64,000 bases of DNA from Ostrea edulis. Taxonomy: Eukaryota. Numbering within the stretch: position 1 is the first letter of the stretch; every line of letters starts with the position of its first letter. This document shows positions 63,773 to 64,000 of this stretch, piece after piece. The position numbers and the translations under genes were made by a program. The DNA lies in contig NC_079167.1 in the NCBI RefSeq assembly GCF_947568905.1, positions 38,502,001-38,566,000 of the forward strand, in the 5' to 3' direction. Below the pieces are notes generated by a model that saw only the letters and a program-made list of their open reading frames with translations, did no database searches and was not told where the DNA came from.

Positions 63773-64000
63773 CAATCTTTTTCCCGGACTTACAGCTTTG
63801 GTGGATTGATTTAGAGGGACAGAACCAGTGTAATGTAGGTGCGGATAACGTGTAAATCAAATATCCGGAATGTCTGATATCAAATCAAGGTCTAGGGTGG
63901 TATGGCCCCCTCGGATTTCATTGTTGTTTAATCGGTATGTACATAAGATTAGATAAGGGACACGTACTGACGTCATTTGTTTACAATCTGTAAAACAAAA

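Overview
This is eukaryotic, AT-rich, intron-containing genomic DNA. The repeat families (pearl/CvA-type Helentron-associated elements with ~167-bp internal arrays, a (CAAT)n-tailed SINE, Penelope-like fragments) point to a bivalve, most likely an oyster; that assignment is inference. Two intact minus-strand genes can be assembled by hand with GT-AG introns and consistent phases. (1) A ~1680-aa type I membrane receptor (2917-12225) with signal peptide, 49 six-Cys EGF-like repeats in two giant exons, a near-perfect internal 543-bp duplication, a TM helix and a short tail (MEGF10/SCARF/Draper-like class). (2) A 605-aa orphan rhodopsin-family GPCR (51610-54192, 5 exons) with several non-canonical microswitch residues and a long Ser-rich tail. 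The rest is a dense patchwork of mobile DNA: a decayed Tc1 (DD34E), three TIR elements and one 85-bp hairpin element with 9-10-bp target-site duplications (MULE- or AcademH-like), Helentron-associated tandem arrays, three SINE copies, Penelope-like RT and terminal fragments, a DIRS-like gag remnant, PIF1, THAP and DDE-type transposase remnants, and an 18-bp A/C-rich minisatellite. I found no CRISPR array, rRNA or tRNA, and nothing I can support as a wholly new biological system. The best leads are the receptor architecture, the atypical GPCR and several unusual small mobile elements. Most short ORFs in the supplied track are shadows of repeats.
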